This document shows positions 23,330 through 35,640 of a stretch of 64,000 nucleotides of DNA, piece after piece (positions within the stretch are counted from its first letter, which is position 1; each line of letters opens with the position of its first letter). Origin of the DNA: Hypanus sabinus. Taxonomy: Eukaryota. Made by a program: the position numbers and the translations under genes. The notes under the pieces are model-generated. The model saw only the letters and a list, made by a program, of their open reading frames with translations, was not told the origin of the DNA and searched no databases. The stretch covers positions 15,252,001 to 15,316,000 of the forward strand of contig NC_082739.1 of NCBI RefSeq assembly GCF_030144855.1. The letters run 5' to 3'.

Positions 23330-25070
23330 ACCATGAAATTTCCCAATCACGCACCTTTTTAAAAAAATAACCTATATTTGTATTTCAATTCATAATTCAA
23401 GTCAGAATAACTGATGACAAGATTAAAGAAGGCATTTTTGTTGGTCCACTAATCAAACAGCTCATCAATTATAGGCAATTCAAAGAGCTTCTCATGAGAA
23501 TGGAGAAAATTGCATGGAAGGCATTCTGGGATGTTGTGATGTTGAAAATTCTTTAGCAATCACAGAGCACCAAACCACATAGAGCTGGTTAGCAACATGC
23601 TTCAAGCATTCAAAACCATGAAGTGTAACATGTCATAGAAAACTGGAAACATAGAAAACCTACAGCACAGTACAGGCCCTTTGGCCCACAATGCTGTGCC
23701 GAACATGTACTTACTTGAGAAATTACACATAGCCCTCTACTTTTCTAAGCTCCATGTACCTATCCAGGAGTCTCTTAAAAGACCCTATCATTTCTGCCTC
23801 CACCATTGCCGCCGGCAGCCCATTCCACGCACTCACCACTCTCTGCGTAAAAAACTTACCTCTGACATCTCCATCTCCTCTGTACCTCGTTCCAAGCACC
23901 TTAAAACTGTGCCCTCTCTTGTTAGCCATTTCAGCCCTGGGAAAAACCCTCTGACTATCCACACGATAAATGTCTCTCATCATCTTATACACCTCTATCA
24001 GGTCACCTCTCATCCTCCACCAGGCCGAGTTCACTCAACCTATTCTCATAAGGCATGCTCCCCAATCCAGGCAACATCCTTGTAAATCTCCTCTGCACTC
24101 TTTCTATGGCTTCCACATCCTTCCTGTAGTGAGGCGACCAGAACTGAGCACAGTACTCCGTATGGGGTCTGACCCGGGTCTGATATAGCTACAACATTAC
24201 CTCTCGGCTCCTAAATTCAATTTCACGATTGATGAAGGCCAATACACCGTACGCCTTCTTAACCACAGAATCAACCTGCGCAGCTGCTTTGAGCATCCTA
24301 TGGACTCAGACCCCAAGATCCCTCTGATCCTCCACCCTGCCAAGAGTCTTACCATTAATACTATATTCTGCCATCATATTTGACCTACCAAAATGAACCA
24401 CCTCAAATTATCTGGGTTGAACTCCATCTGCCACTTCTCAGCCCAGTTTTGCATCCTATTAATGTCCCATTGTAACCTCTGACAGCCCTCCACACTATCC
24501 ACAACACCCCCATCTGCGTCATCTGCAGATTTACTAACCCATCCCTCCACTTCCTCATCCAGGCCATTTATAAAAATGACGAAGAGCAAGGGTCCCAGAA
24601 CATATCCCTGAGGTGCCCCACTGGTGATCGACCTCCATGCAGAATATGACCCATCTACAACTACTCTTTGTCTGCTGTGGGCAAGCCAGTTCTGAATCCA
24701 CAAAGCAATGTCCCCTTGGATCCCATGCCTCCTTACTTTCTCAATAAGCCTTGCATAGGGTACCTTATCAAATGCCTTGCTGACATGTCACTGAAGATTA
24801 ACTTTCTGCATTCCCATTTAGACTTCTTTCCTGTAAATTTTGGCGCTGTCAGTGAAAGGTTTCACCAGGACATTATGGTCATGGAAAAATGGTATTAGGT
24901 CAACTGGAATCCATCAATGCTGGCTGATTATTGTTAGACACTTAAGTGAGAAACCATAGACACTGAGTACAAATGAAAATCATCAACAAAACGTTTTCAG
25001 CTTAGTTGAACAACTGCAAAGTGTCAACACCATTACACAATTAAACACATTATATAAGTTTAAGGGCATT
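23330..25070 (+). mobile_element. DNA transposase remnant, probably Chapaev3-like (CMC), split by CR1
   Basis: KIKEGIFVGP..EKIAWKAF..NMLQAFKTMKCNMS | LKINFLHSHLDFFPVNFGAVSERFHQDIMVMEK..SMLADYC. Confidence 0.65.
23636..24782 (-). mobile_element. Young CR1 LINE 3' fragment
   Basis: ORFs 24374-24703 and 23723-24034; 8-bp TSD ACATGTCA (23628-23635, 24783-24790). Confidence 0.92.
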
Positions 25071-25371
25071 TTTGTGTATTGTTAAATTACAATTGTATTG
25101 GTAAATTATAATTAGGTGATATACATAATCTATAATATTAGATGAATTTGATGATCTAAATGATAGTTAGAAATGTTTTAATTGTCTGAATATTCTTTAA
25201 TACTTTTAGAATTACAGAGATACTAAGAAATCAATAAACATTTGGCAGCCAGTTATGCAGCGACAGCTATCGTATTTTTTTCAGTGGTTCAGTGGGTGGG
25301 GATTATGCTGATTCTGCCTTCTATATGGTGAAATTATAAGGAATATAATTTATATAAGGAAATTAAGGAGC

Positions 25372-27251
25372 CTAAGAAGGAAGTTAGGAGAGCTAGAAGG
25401 GGCCATGAGAAGGCTTTGGCGGGCAGAATTAAGGAAAAGCCCAAGGCATTCTACAAGTATGTGAAGAGCAAGAGGATAAGACGTGAAAGAATAGGACCTA
25501 TCAAGTGTGACAGTGGGAAAGTGTGTATGGAACCAGAGGAAATAGCAGAGGTATTTAATGAATACTTTACTTCAGTATTCACTATGGAAAAGGATCTTAG
25601 TGATTGTAGTGATGACTTGCAGCAGACTGAAAAGATTGAGCATGTAGATATTAAGAAAGAGGATGTGATGGAGCTTTTGGAAAGCATCAAGTTGGATAAG
25701 TCGCCGGGACCAGACGAAGTGTACCCCAGCCTACTGTGGGAGGTGAGGGAGGAGATTGCTGAGCCTCTGGCGATGATCTTTGCATCATCAATGGGTACGG
25801 GAGAGGTTCCCGAGGATTGGAGGGTTGCAGATGTTGTTCCTTTATTCAAGAAAGGGAGTAGATATAGCCCAGGAAATTATAGTCCAGTGAGTCTTACCTT
25901 AGTGGTTGGTAAGTTGAGAAGATCCTGAGAGGCAGGATTTATGTACATTTGGAGAGGTATAATATGATTAGGAGTAATCGGCATGGCTTTGTAAAGGGCA
26001 GGTCGTGCCTTACGAGCCTGATTGAATTTTTTGAGGATGTGAGTAAACACGTTGATGAAGGAAGAGCAGTAGATGTAGTGTATATGGATTTCAGCAAGGC
26101 ATTTGATAAGGTACCCCATGCAAGGCTTATTGAGAAAGTAAGGAACACGGGATCCAAGGAGAGATTGCTTTGTGGATCCAGAACTGGCTTGCCCACAGAA
26201 GGCAAAGAGTGGTTGTAGACGGGTCATATTCTGCATGGAGGTCGGTCACCAGTGGAGTGTCTCAGGGAACTGTTCTGGGACCCTTACTCTTCGTGATTAT
26301 TATAACTGACCTGGATGAGGAAGTGGAGGGATGGGTTATTAAGTATGCAGATGACACAAAGATTGGAGGTGTTGTGGATAGTGTGGAGGGCTGTCAGAGG
26401 TTACAGCGAGACATTGATAGGTTGCAAAACTGAGCTGAGAAGTGGCAGATGGAGTTCAACACAGATAATTTGAGGTGGTTCATTTTGGTAGGTCAAATAT
26501 GATGGCAGAATATAGCATTAATGGTAAGACTCTTGACAGTTTGGAGGATCAGAGGGATCTTGGGGTCCGAGTCCATAGGACACTCAAAGCAGCTGCACGG
26601 GTTGACTCTGTGGTTAAGAAGGCATACGGTGTATTGGCCTTCATCAATCCTGAAATTGAATTTAGGAGCCAAGAGATAATGTCGCAGCTATATAGGACCC
26701 TGGTCAGACCCCATTCGGAGTGCTGTGCTCATTTCTGGTCACCTCACTGCAGAAAGGATGTGGAAGCCATAGAAAGGGTGCAAAGAAGATTTACAAGGAT
26801 GTTGCCTGGATTAGGGAGCATGCCTTATGAGAATGGTTTGAGTGAACGCAACCTTTTCTCCTTGGAGCGAAGGAGGATGAGAGGTGACCTGATAGAGGTG
26901 TACAAGTTGATGAGAGGCATTGGTCGTGTGGATAGTCAGAGGCTTTTTCCCAGGGCTGAAATGGTTGCCACAAGAGGACACAGGTTTAAGGTGCTGGGGA
27001 GTAGGTACAGAGGAGATGTCAGGGGTAAGTTTTTTACTAGAGAGTGGTGAGTGCATGGAATGGGCAGCCAGCAACGGTAGTGGAGGCAGATACGATAGGG
27101 TATTTTAAGAGGCTTTTAGATAGGTACATGGAGCTTAGCAAAATAGAGAGTGAGAGGTAAGCTTAGTAATTTCTAAGGTAGGGACGAGTTTGGCACAACT
27201 TTGTGGGCAGAAGGGCCTGTATTGTGCTGTAGGTTTTCTATGTTTCTATGT
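25372..27251 (+). mobile_element. Young CR1 LINE, 1.9 kb 3' part including RT domain (frameshifted)
   Basis: KSPGPD..PEDWRVADVVPLFKKG; HGFVKGRSCLTSL; YMDFSKAFDKVPH; GVSQGTVLGPLLF; YADDTK; (TTTCTATG)n tail. Confidence 0.95.
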
Positions 27252-27471
27252 GAGCATTAATGTGAGCAAGGTTTTTCTGTCATGTTGAGCTTTGCCATTG
27301 ATTATTGTGTTGGCTTGGAAGCACAAACTGAGGTTGGGCGATTCACACAGATGAATATGGGCTTCATCTTATCTCAACAGCAAGCAGAGTAGGCTCATCA
27401 TTGAACATAATATTAGGGTAATTCTTTTTTATTTCAGAAGAGTTTGTGCAATGCAAGAAAATGGAGAAATG

Positions 27472-27968
27472 CACTTACTAGCCATGTAATTAGGTGCACC
27501 TGTATACCTGCTCTTTATTGCATATCAGCCAATCATGTGGCAGCAATTCAATGCATTAAAGCATGCTGATATGGTCAGGAGGTTCATTTGTTGCTCAGAC
27601 CAAACATCAGAATGGGGAAGAAATGCGATCCAAGTGACTTTGATCATACAATGATTGTTGGTGCCAGATGGGGTGGTTTGAGTATCTCAGAAACTGCTGA
27701 CCTCCTGGGATTTTCACATGCAACAGTCTCTAGAGTTTCTACAGATCAGCGCAAAAACAAACCAAAAAAAATCCAGTGAGCAGCAGTTCTGTGGTTGAAA
27801 ATTTCTTGTTAATGAGAGAGGACAGAGGAGAATGGCCAAACTGGTTCAATCTGACAGGAGGGTGACAGTAACTGAAATAGCCACTTATTACAACAGTGGT
27901 GTGCTGAAGAGAATCTCCGAATGCATAAAACATTGAACCTTTAAGTGAGTGGGCTACAGCAGCAGATC
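27472..27968 (+). mobile_element. Tc1 derivative, 5' end with transposase HTH N-terminus
   Basis: MGKKCDPSDFDHTMIVGARWGGLSISETADLLGFSHATVSRV; same family as 10552-11084. Confidence 0.8.
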
Positions 27969-27971
27969 CAG

Positions 27972-29175
27972 AGCAACACACACAAAATGCTGGGGGAACT
28001 CAGCAGGCCAGGCAGCACCTATGCTAAAGAGTACACAGTCAATGTTTCAGGTCGAGACCCTTCATCTGGACTGGAAAGGAAGGGGAGAAGTCAGAATGAG
28101 AAGGTGGGGGGAGTGGGGGAAGAAGTACAAGGTGTCAGGTGAGAGGTGAAACTGAGAGGTGGGAGGGGGTGAAGTAAAGAGCTGGGAAGTTGATTGGTGG
28201 AAGAGATAAAGGGCAGGAGAAGGGGGGATACTGATAAGAGAGGACAGAAAAACATGGAAGAAGGGGAAGGAGGACGAGCAATGGAGGAAGGTGATGGGCA
28301 GGTTAGGAGATAAGGTGACAGATTGAACTAGGAATGGGGAATGGTGAAGGAGAGGGGGACGAGTCAATTACCAGAAGTTAGAGAAATCGATGTTCAAGGC
28401 ATCAGGCTGGAGGCTACCTAGATGGAATATAGAGGTGTTGCTCCTCCAACCTGAGTGTGGACTCATCACGGCAGTAGAGGGGGCCATGGATTGACATGTC
28501 GGAATGGGAATGGGAAGCAGAATTGAAATTGGTGATTACCAGGAGCTCCCACTTTTTCTGGTAGGAAGAGTGTAGGTGCTCGGCAAAGCAGTCTCCCAAT
28601 CTATGTCAGTTAACACCGATATACAGGCGACCACACCAGGACCACTGGACACAGGAGATGTCATCAACAGAGTCACAGGCCAAGGGTCGCCTCACCTCAA
28701 AGGACTGTTATATTAGTGAGGGAGGAGGTGTAGGGCCAGGTGTGGCACTTGTTCTGCTTGAAAGGATAAGTACCAGGAGGGTGATCAGTGGGGAGGGATA
28801 AATGGACACAGGAGACGTGTAGGAAGCAATCCCTGTGGCAGGCAGGATGTGGGGAGAGTGAAAGGTGTGCTGGTTGGTGGGATCCTGTTGGAGATGCCAG
28901 AAGTTGGACATGGAGGCCAGTGGGGTGATAGGTAAGGACAAGAGGAACCCTATCCCTGGTAGGGTGGTGAGAGCAAACATGTGAAATGGAAGAGATGTGG
29001 GTGAGGGCAGCATTGATGGTGGAGGAAGGGACGCCCTTTCTTTGAAGAAGGAGAACTTCTCAGAAGTTCTGGAATGAAAAGCCTCATCTTGAGAGCAGAT
29101 GAGGCGGAGGCAAAGAAAGTGAGTGAAGAGGATGGCATTTTTGCAAATGACTGGGTGGAAAGTGGTATTGTCCAT
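27972..29175 (-). mobile_element. Penelope-like element 3' part (RT C-terminus, GIY-YIG endonuclease, pLTR)
   Basis: LRLICSQDEAFHSRTSE, RVPLVLTYHP, CGRLYIG..RLGDCFAEHL; pLTR with a mutated hammerhead core (CAGATGA) at 28036-28073. Confidence 0.85.
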
Positions 29176-29299
29176 ACTGCACAGAGCATGGCCAATTGAT
29201 TCTACATAAATTCATCATTGCATTGCCATCTTAACGGATTTTATATTTTAAACCAGTTGTTATTAAAACAGTACTCTGCTAGATTTTTGTATCATTATC

Positions 29300-29545
29300 C
29301 AAGGCATATGGCATATGAGTGGAGGAATTGGGACATTATATCACAACTGTATAAATTATTGGTGAGAGACCACACTTGGACTGTTGTGTACAGTTCTGAT
29401 CACCCCGCTATAGGAAGGATGTAGTAAGTTTGAAAGGGTGCAGAGAAGATTCACAAGGATGTTGTCAGGATTGGAGGAGTTGAGTTATGAGGATAAGCTG
29501 TGACTTTTTTTCCTAGAACATAGGAGGCTGAGATGTGATCTTATG
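29300..29545 (+). mobile_element. Old CR1 fragment
   Basis: WDIISQLYKLLVR..ERVQRRFTRML-like sequence. Confidence 0.7.
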
Positions 29546-29934
29546 CAGGAGCTCCCAACCTTTTTTTGTGCCATGGGCCAATCCTGCTAGGTTTTCTGTG
29601 CTGTGCATTTATTATGTTTCTTGTGGTAACTGGTCATGTTAGTGGAGGCGTTGTAAAAGCAAAAGGGAATAAGTTAGACATTCTTGCTAATTTCAGGGCA
29701 ATTTGTAGCTTGGGACCAGCAGAAGTTGTATCTTTCATTGAGGTAACGCTGAATAATGCTTAGCTTATACTTGGGTATGTTTAAGAGTGCATGTTTGCTA
29801 ACTGCTAATAAAGGATCGAATAAAGGAGTCGACTTTTGGAGCGATCATTGGAGCTGGGGGTGCATCATGCAAGTATAAGAATTTCATAGGATCGCAAGCT
29901 GAGGCAATTGTTTTGTTTTGGTTTTTGGTTTGAT

Positions 29935-30320
29935 AAATTTCATGAATACCATTCTTGTTCAGTGTTTTTCTTATAATGGATACATGAACAGAGACTTTAG
30001 CAAGTTCTAGAGATTTCTGAAGGTCTTCTGCTGTAACCCTTGGGTTCTTTTTCACTTTCTTCAGCATTGCACATTGACTCCAAATGCTTTTGTAGGATGC
30101 ATTATCTCAGAGGTTCACATACTTATTTGAACCTGGACTGTGATTGTTTAAATGGTGTATTCAGTAATGACGAGAAGTACAATGTTTGTATGTTATTAGT
30201 TTAGGTAGATTGTGTTTGTCTATTAATGCGACTTAGATGAAGATGAGACCACATTATATAAGTAATTAATACAGAAAACCAAATAATTGCAAAGGTTCAC
30301 AGACATTTTCTTGCAATTGT
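29935..30320 (-). mobile_element. Tc1 transposon 5' fragment
   Basis: KKNPRVTAEDLQKSL..VHVSIIRKTLNKNGI; TIR-like TACAATTGCAAGAAAATGTCTGTGAACC at 30320. Confidence 0.7.
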
Positions 30321-30321
30321 A

Positions 30322-30790
30322 TGTCATGAAATTTGTTAACTTTGCGGCAGTAGCACAAAGCAATACATGTTAAATATAGAAGAAAAACAACTGAGTTGCA
30401 GTAAATACATATGTATATATATGCCTATTAGATCGTTAAGTTAAACTAAGTAGTGCAAAAACAGAAATAAAAAAAGTAGTGAGGTAGTGTTCATGTGTTC
30501 TATGTCCATTTAGAAATCATATGGCAGAGGGGAAGAAGCTGTTCCTGAACTGCTGAGTGTGTGCATTCAGGCTTCTGTGCCTCTTTCCTGATGGTAACAA
30601 TGAGAAGAGGGCATGTCCTGGGTGATGGGGGTCCTCAATGATGCAAGCTGCCTGTCTGAGACACCGTTTCTTGAAGATGTCCTGGGCACTACAGAGGCTA
30701 GTACACGTGATGGAGTTCGCTAACTTTACCACTCTCTGCAGTTTACTTTGATCCTGTGCAGCAGCCCCCAACACCCCCCACATTCCCTAT
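30322..30790 (-). mobile_element. Rex1/Babar-type LINE 3' fragment
   Basis: ORF 30517-30783 AQDQSKLQRVV..DPHHPGHALFSLLPSG..RNSFFPSAI. Confidence 0.85.
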
Positions 30791-31519
30791 AGCATCAAAT
30801 GATGAATGACAAATATGGAAGTAAATGAAGCTGAGGAGAGAGACATTAATGTTCACATACAGAATGTTTAAAGGTGATTAGGCAAAAGCTAGTTAAAATC
30901 ATGTGTGGATTACTTGGGTTAATCAATAAAAAATCAAATAAAATTTAAAAAGCAGAGGGATCATGCTGGAAGTTTAAAAAACATTGGTCAGGTTTCAGTT
31001 AACCTGCTGAGAACAGTTCTGAGCACCACAATTCTGGACCCATGCATGTCCAGAATTTCACCCCTGGTTGCGAGAGCATTGTACTTTGGCTTAATGAAAT
31101 TAATTTCAAAGACAGAGTACAGCATGCTGATGTGACTCTTCAATGTTGCTGACTAAGTTGAATTTCTGGGCAGTGAAAGGATACCAAGCAGACTAACCAG
31201 AACGACAGACCTCTTGCAACTGTGTCATAGCTTAACAAAGGCTGTTAGAATGATGATACTCTTTGATCGAGTAGACAGAAAATAAGCTGAGTATATCAAT
31301 CAGCAGTAGTTCATAGATTTAAAATAACCAGTGAAAGACCACAGGGGAGACATGGAGAGTTATTCCACCTACATTGTTGGAATGAGAAGCTTAATGGGTT
31401 ACAGATAAAAAGCATGAATATGAGTCTAAATGAGGTTCCTCATTCAAACAGTGTGAAAGGCTGGGTCTTCTCCTCCTGTGCTGAAGGTTCTGCTCTTACT
31501 GTAGTGTGAACTTGAATTC

Positions 31520-31880
31520 CCAAATCCCATTACTGTTGCACAAGATCACTGGAGTTAACACTTTAGTGTTCTTTCACCACAAAATAAGGACGCCCTTTCA
31601 GCTTTGGCTAAATTGCAGTATTCTTGTCTCCACGTCAATAAGCTGCAAGTTTGTTCAGTTCCGTACTGGGTCGGTGTAGCAGGGCGGGGGTGAATTTAAG
31701 GGGCTAGAAGAGATGTCCTGGAAATCCACCCAATATTTCTCCCTAATTAAAAGCCCTCAGTGGGGTATCTGCTTGGGTGGTTCCTTTCTCTTTGTAGGAC
31801 ATTAAATCGTGTAAATTAGCTCTTGCACCTTCCTAAGTTACTCTTCAGAATATTCATAACTAATTTTCTTAAAGCCATGA
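31520..31880 (+). mobile_element. Very old Deu-domain SINE-like remnant
   Basis: CGCCCTTTCAG..CCAATATTTCTCCCT..TTTGTAGGA..AAATTAGCT loosely follows the recalled Deu consensus order. Confidence 0.35.
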
Positions 31881-31902
31881 AACAAGTTATACAATGAAAC
31901 TC

Positions 31903-32432
31903 AGAGCAACACAAAAAACTGCTGGAGGAACTTAATGGGTCAGGTGGCATCTATGGAAATAAATAAACAGTTGACATTTCGGGCCAAGTACTTTCATCAG
32001 GACTGCAAAGGAAGGGGGTGGAACCCAGAATCAGAAGGTGGGGGAGGGGAAGGAGTACAAGCTAGAAGGTGGAGCCAGGTAGGTGGGAGAGGAAGGAAAA
32101 AAATGGGGGATGATAGGTGGAAAAAAGTGAAGGGCTAAAGAAGAAGGAATCTGATAGGAGAGGAGAATGAACCATGGGAGAAGGGGAAGGAAGAGAGGAA
32201 CTGGGGGAGGTGATAGACAGGTGAAGAGAAGAGAAGAGGAGAAGGGGAGCCAGAGTGGAGGATGGAAGAAGAAAGAAGAGGGAGTGGGAAAAATTACCCG
32301 AAGTTATAGAAATAGATGTTCATGCCATCAAGTTGGAAGCTACCCAAATGGAATATGAGGTGTTGTTCCTCCAGCCTAAGTCCTTATCGAGACAGTAAAG
32401 GAAGCCATGGATAAACATGTCAGAATGAGAAT
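31903..32432 (-). mobile_element. Penelope-like 3' end and pLTR
   Basis: Same architecture as 27972-28520; decayed hammerhead motif at 31968-32005. Confidence 0.8.
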
Positions 32433-33055
32433 GGTTTTTGTATCTGTCCAGGCAAATTCTAATTCCCTTGTCATTAAAGCATACACTTGTCTCTTAAATT
32501 ATTTCAGGGTTATTACTTAAAAAGCTCTACCTGGGAATTCTATTCTTCATGCTGATTTTGTGAGGAAGCACTTCCAATCTTTCTCTAATTTAAAAATGCA
32601 TTACCAAGGTTTAAAGTAAATAAAATGCTGAATTAATTTCCTTTATATTGTGTCTCAGTCACTACATTTGTAGAGCGAGAGGTTTTCACTGTTGGCATTT
32701 CTCTGTGTTGACTGATTGTGCCTCTTGCTTTATAAAGTTATAAATTAGCTGGCACCAAACATACTAACATTTGGATTCAAGTAGTTTGATTTGCTAATTT
32801 TTGTGGGGTAGCAATGCCAAAAATAAAGTGCTAATGTAGGTAAATTGAACTGAGGTACCCAGAGCAGGATGCATTCTTATGGCACAGGAAAATCTGGATC
32901 TTTGAGTGTTCTCCTTAATGTGAGTCTGCTGCCTGAAATCACTCCCAGTATCACCAATGCCCAATCCTATCTGGTCCAGATATGAAGGTCCAACCCGACA
33001 AGGCAGATACATTTCCCTGTGGCTTGAGTGCTAACTGGGCCTCCAACCATACACT

Positions 33056-33299
33056 TGATGCACCATTAATAACTCTGAGACATGGGTTAAGGTAGGCTTT
33101 TATTGGCTAGAGGAAAGCACAAGCAGCAAGTGACCACCACACAACATCCTGGAGACTGAGGAAGGGTCTGTGGCTCCAATCGCCTTTATACCGGGGTCTG
33201 TGGGAGGAGCCACGGTCAGTGGGAGGAGCCACAGGAGCAGTCAGCGGGGGGGGGGGGGCGGGGGGGGCGTGTCCAGACAGGTATATGTAGTTCATCATA
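33056..33299 (-). mobile_element. Solo LTR (244 bp)
   Basis: 5-bp TSD ACACT (33051-33055, 33300-33304); minus-strand TATAAA (33185-33190) and AATAAA (33099-33104); ends ...GCATCA. Confidence 0.8.
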
Positions 33300-33550
33300 A
33301 CACTAAAGAAGCCTCTACTTTGAACTTATCCTGAAAGCTTTCACTCATGCCAAAGCTCCACTTTAAACTTGGTTAGCTGTCAAAGATGCTAGTGCTTTAA
33401 ATTACACAGTAATTCAGAGATACTGAAAATAATGTACATTAAAATGCAAATAAAAGATACATTAACCTTAAACATAAAAATAAGAGTACCTGAAATGTTC
33501 AACAAAATGGAAATAATCTCAAAACAGAACATAGTTTGTACTTTGGAAAC

Positions 33551-33812
33551 ACATGAGATGTTGGAAGTCTGCAACAGCACACAATGTGCTGGAGGAACTC
33601 AGCAGGTCAGGCAGCATCTATGGAGAGGAATAAACAATCGACATTTCAGGCTGAGGCCCTTCATTGAGGCTGAGATGGGCCAAAACAATGAAGGGTCTCA
33701 GCCGGAAATGTCGACTGTTTATTCCTCTCCATAGATGCTGCCTGACCTGCTGAGTTCCTCCTGCATTTTGTGTGTGTTACTCTGGATATCGAGCACCTAC
33801 AGAATCTCTTGT
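33551..33812. mobile_element. Fold-back Penelope pLTR palindrome
   Basis: Inverted arms ~33575-33666 and 33686-33780 with a 19-nt spacer. Confidence 0.85.
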
Positions 33813-34095
33813 ACCTATGGAGAGAAATGGACAGGCAATGCTTTGGGTTGACCATTAGACCGTTGATCCATAGCTTGCTCTTTGCTTTCTTCTTTCCAGC
33901 TGCAAAGTCTCTACTGAAATTAATGGGTTCATAGATCCTTCTCTAGGTCTAATTTGTCACAGGATTCGAGAGATGATTCTCTCCCATTTGTGTTGGAATT
34001 TCCTGCTGGTGTCCAGAGAATGCCATTGCAAAGTGCCTTGAATAAGGTGGCAATCACTACTTTCAGGTTCAGAACTTTTGTGTATGGCTGACCAT

Positions 34096-34310
34096 AATAA
34101 TAATAATTATTATTATTATCCTCCTGTGCCTCACAGCTGCATCAGGCAGCAACCTTGCCATTTCTTTAGCATTTGTCTGTTTTACAAAGCTGAGTTGCTA
34201 GCTTGATGCTCAACCCAGCACAGATGGGAAGCATGCAAGGAGCCAGCCAGGCTCTAACCCAGGACTACCCACCCTGAAGTCTGATGTGGATTCCACTACA
34301 CCACTGGCTA
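34096..34310 (-). mobile_element. tRNA-derived SINE
   Basis: Minus-strand head GCCAGTGGTGTAGTGG...GGGTTAGAGCC (A/B-box-like), (TAA)n tail; same family as 41461. Confidence 0.65.
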
Positions 34311-35375
34311 GCCATGGCTGAAAATGCCTGGACTTATGTCCATTAAAAGACAAGGTTACATTCAGAACCATTGGCAAAATCCTGGGCCATTAAACTCTAT
34401 AAGCTCATTGGATTTATATTCTGCTGATTTGCTCTTTGGTTCAATGGTCACATTACCTTTTTGATAACTGCTTTGCAATATTTAAGCACATTTAACATTG
34501 ATTAAAAGATCTCGGTCTCATTCATGTAATGACTACCAGTGGTATTCAAAAATGACTGCTTCGGATATGAGAAATTAATCCTTAGATTTTGGATTCAGGA
34601 AATGTCCCAGTGAAAAGTATTATCTGCATTGCCACTCTGTAAAGCCGAGGTGGTACAGTGATGTGATGTCACTTTCTCTGCTTTCTTTGTGGCGAAGTGT
34701 CAAGCTGGCCCTTGATGAGATGTGCCCTTTCCGTCTGTTCATTACCTGCATAACTTTCTCTGTGTGTCAGTTGACACCATCTTTCAGCTTTTCCAGCAAT
34801 GTGGAGCACGTCATGTTTTGCTTCCTATATGTGATATTTCACGTTAGCACTTTCTAAATTCCATCTGCCATTGTGTTGCCTGCTTACGTACTTTGTACAG
34901 TTTATTCTGTCTTTTTGTATTTCTGTAAGGCAGTAAAGCTGATCAACACACTAACCCGCCCCACTACCACTACTTTATCATGTCCCATCGGATACAGACA
35001 CTCCTGTGCCTAGCGTCACGTTATGTATAGAAGCTATCTTATGTGTTTATATTTATTCTGTTTTTTATCTTATTGTGCAGTTTTGTTCTGCATTGGATCT
35101 GGAGAATCAGTTATTTTATTCTCCTTTACACTTGCTTACTGAAAATTGCTTTAAATAATCTTTTATTTTCCAGTTTTCTTCCTATTCCTTCTGATCTAAT
35201 ATTATTTGTTCATGTATTTCCACTGAGTTCCTTATTCCAGATTGTCTGTATAAACCGCAAGAATTGCAGAATCTGCACAGTGACCTGGGTCACCCAGGTC
35301 AGTGGTTCTCAGGGCTGTGGAGATTAAACTGAAATGAATAGAAGGTAATTTAAATTGAAGAAGATGTTGGACAAG

Positions 35376-35640
35376 GGGGTGCCACGGTAGTGTAGCCATT
35401 GAAGCTTGGGGTGTCGCAGCGTGGAGTTCCATTCTGGCATCTTCTGCAAGAAAGTTTGTACATCCTTCCTGTGAGTATGTGGGTTTCCTTCCACTTTCCA
35501 AAGACTTATCAGTTGGTAGAATAATTGGCCCTTGTAAATTGTCTTGTGATTAAGCTAGGGTTAAATAGGTGGGCAGACGGGCAGTGGGGTTTGTTGGGCC
35601 AGAAGGGCCTGTTCCACACTGTATCTCTAAAATAAAAATA
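35376..35640 (+). mobile_element. V-SINE/HE1-like SINE
   Basis: GGGGTGCCACGGTAGTGTAG head, GTGGGTTTCC core, GGGCCAGAAGGGCCTGTT..TGTATCTCTAAAATAAA end. Confidence 0.75.

Noticed and set aside
29547-29930. hAT-like end CAGGAGCTCCCAACCTTTTT followed by unassigned sequence
   Set aside because: No partner TIR, TSD or recognisable coding remnant was found, so it cannot be supported
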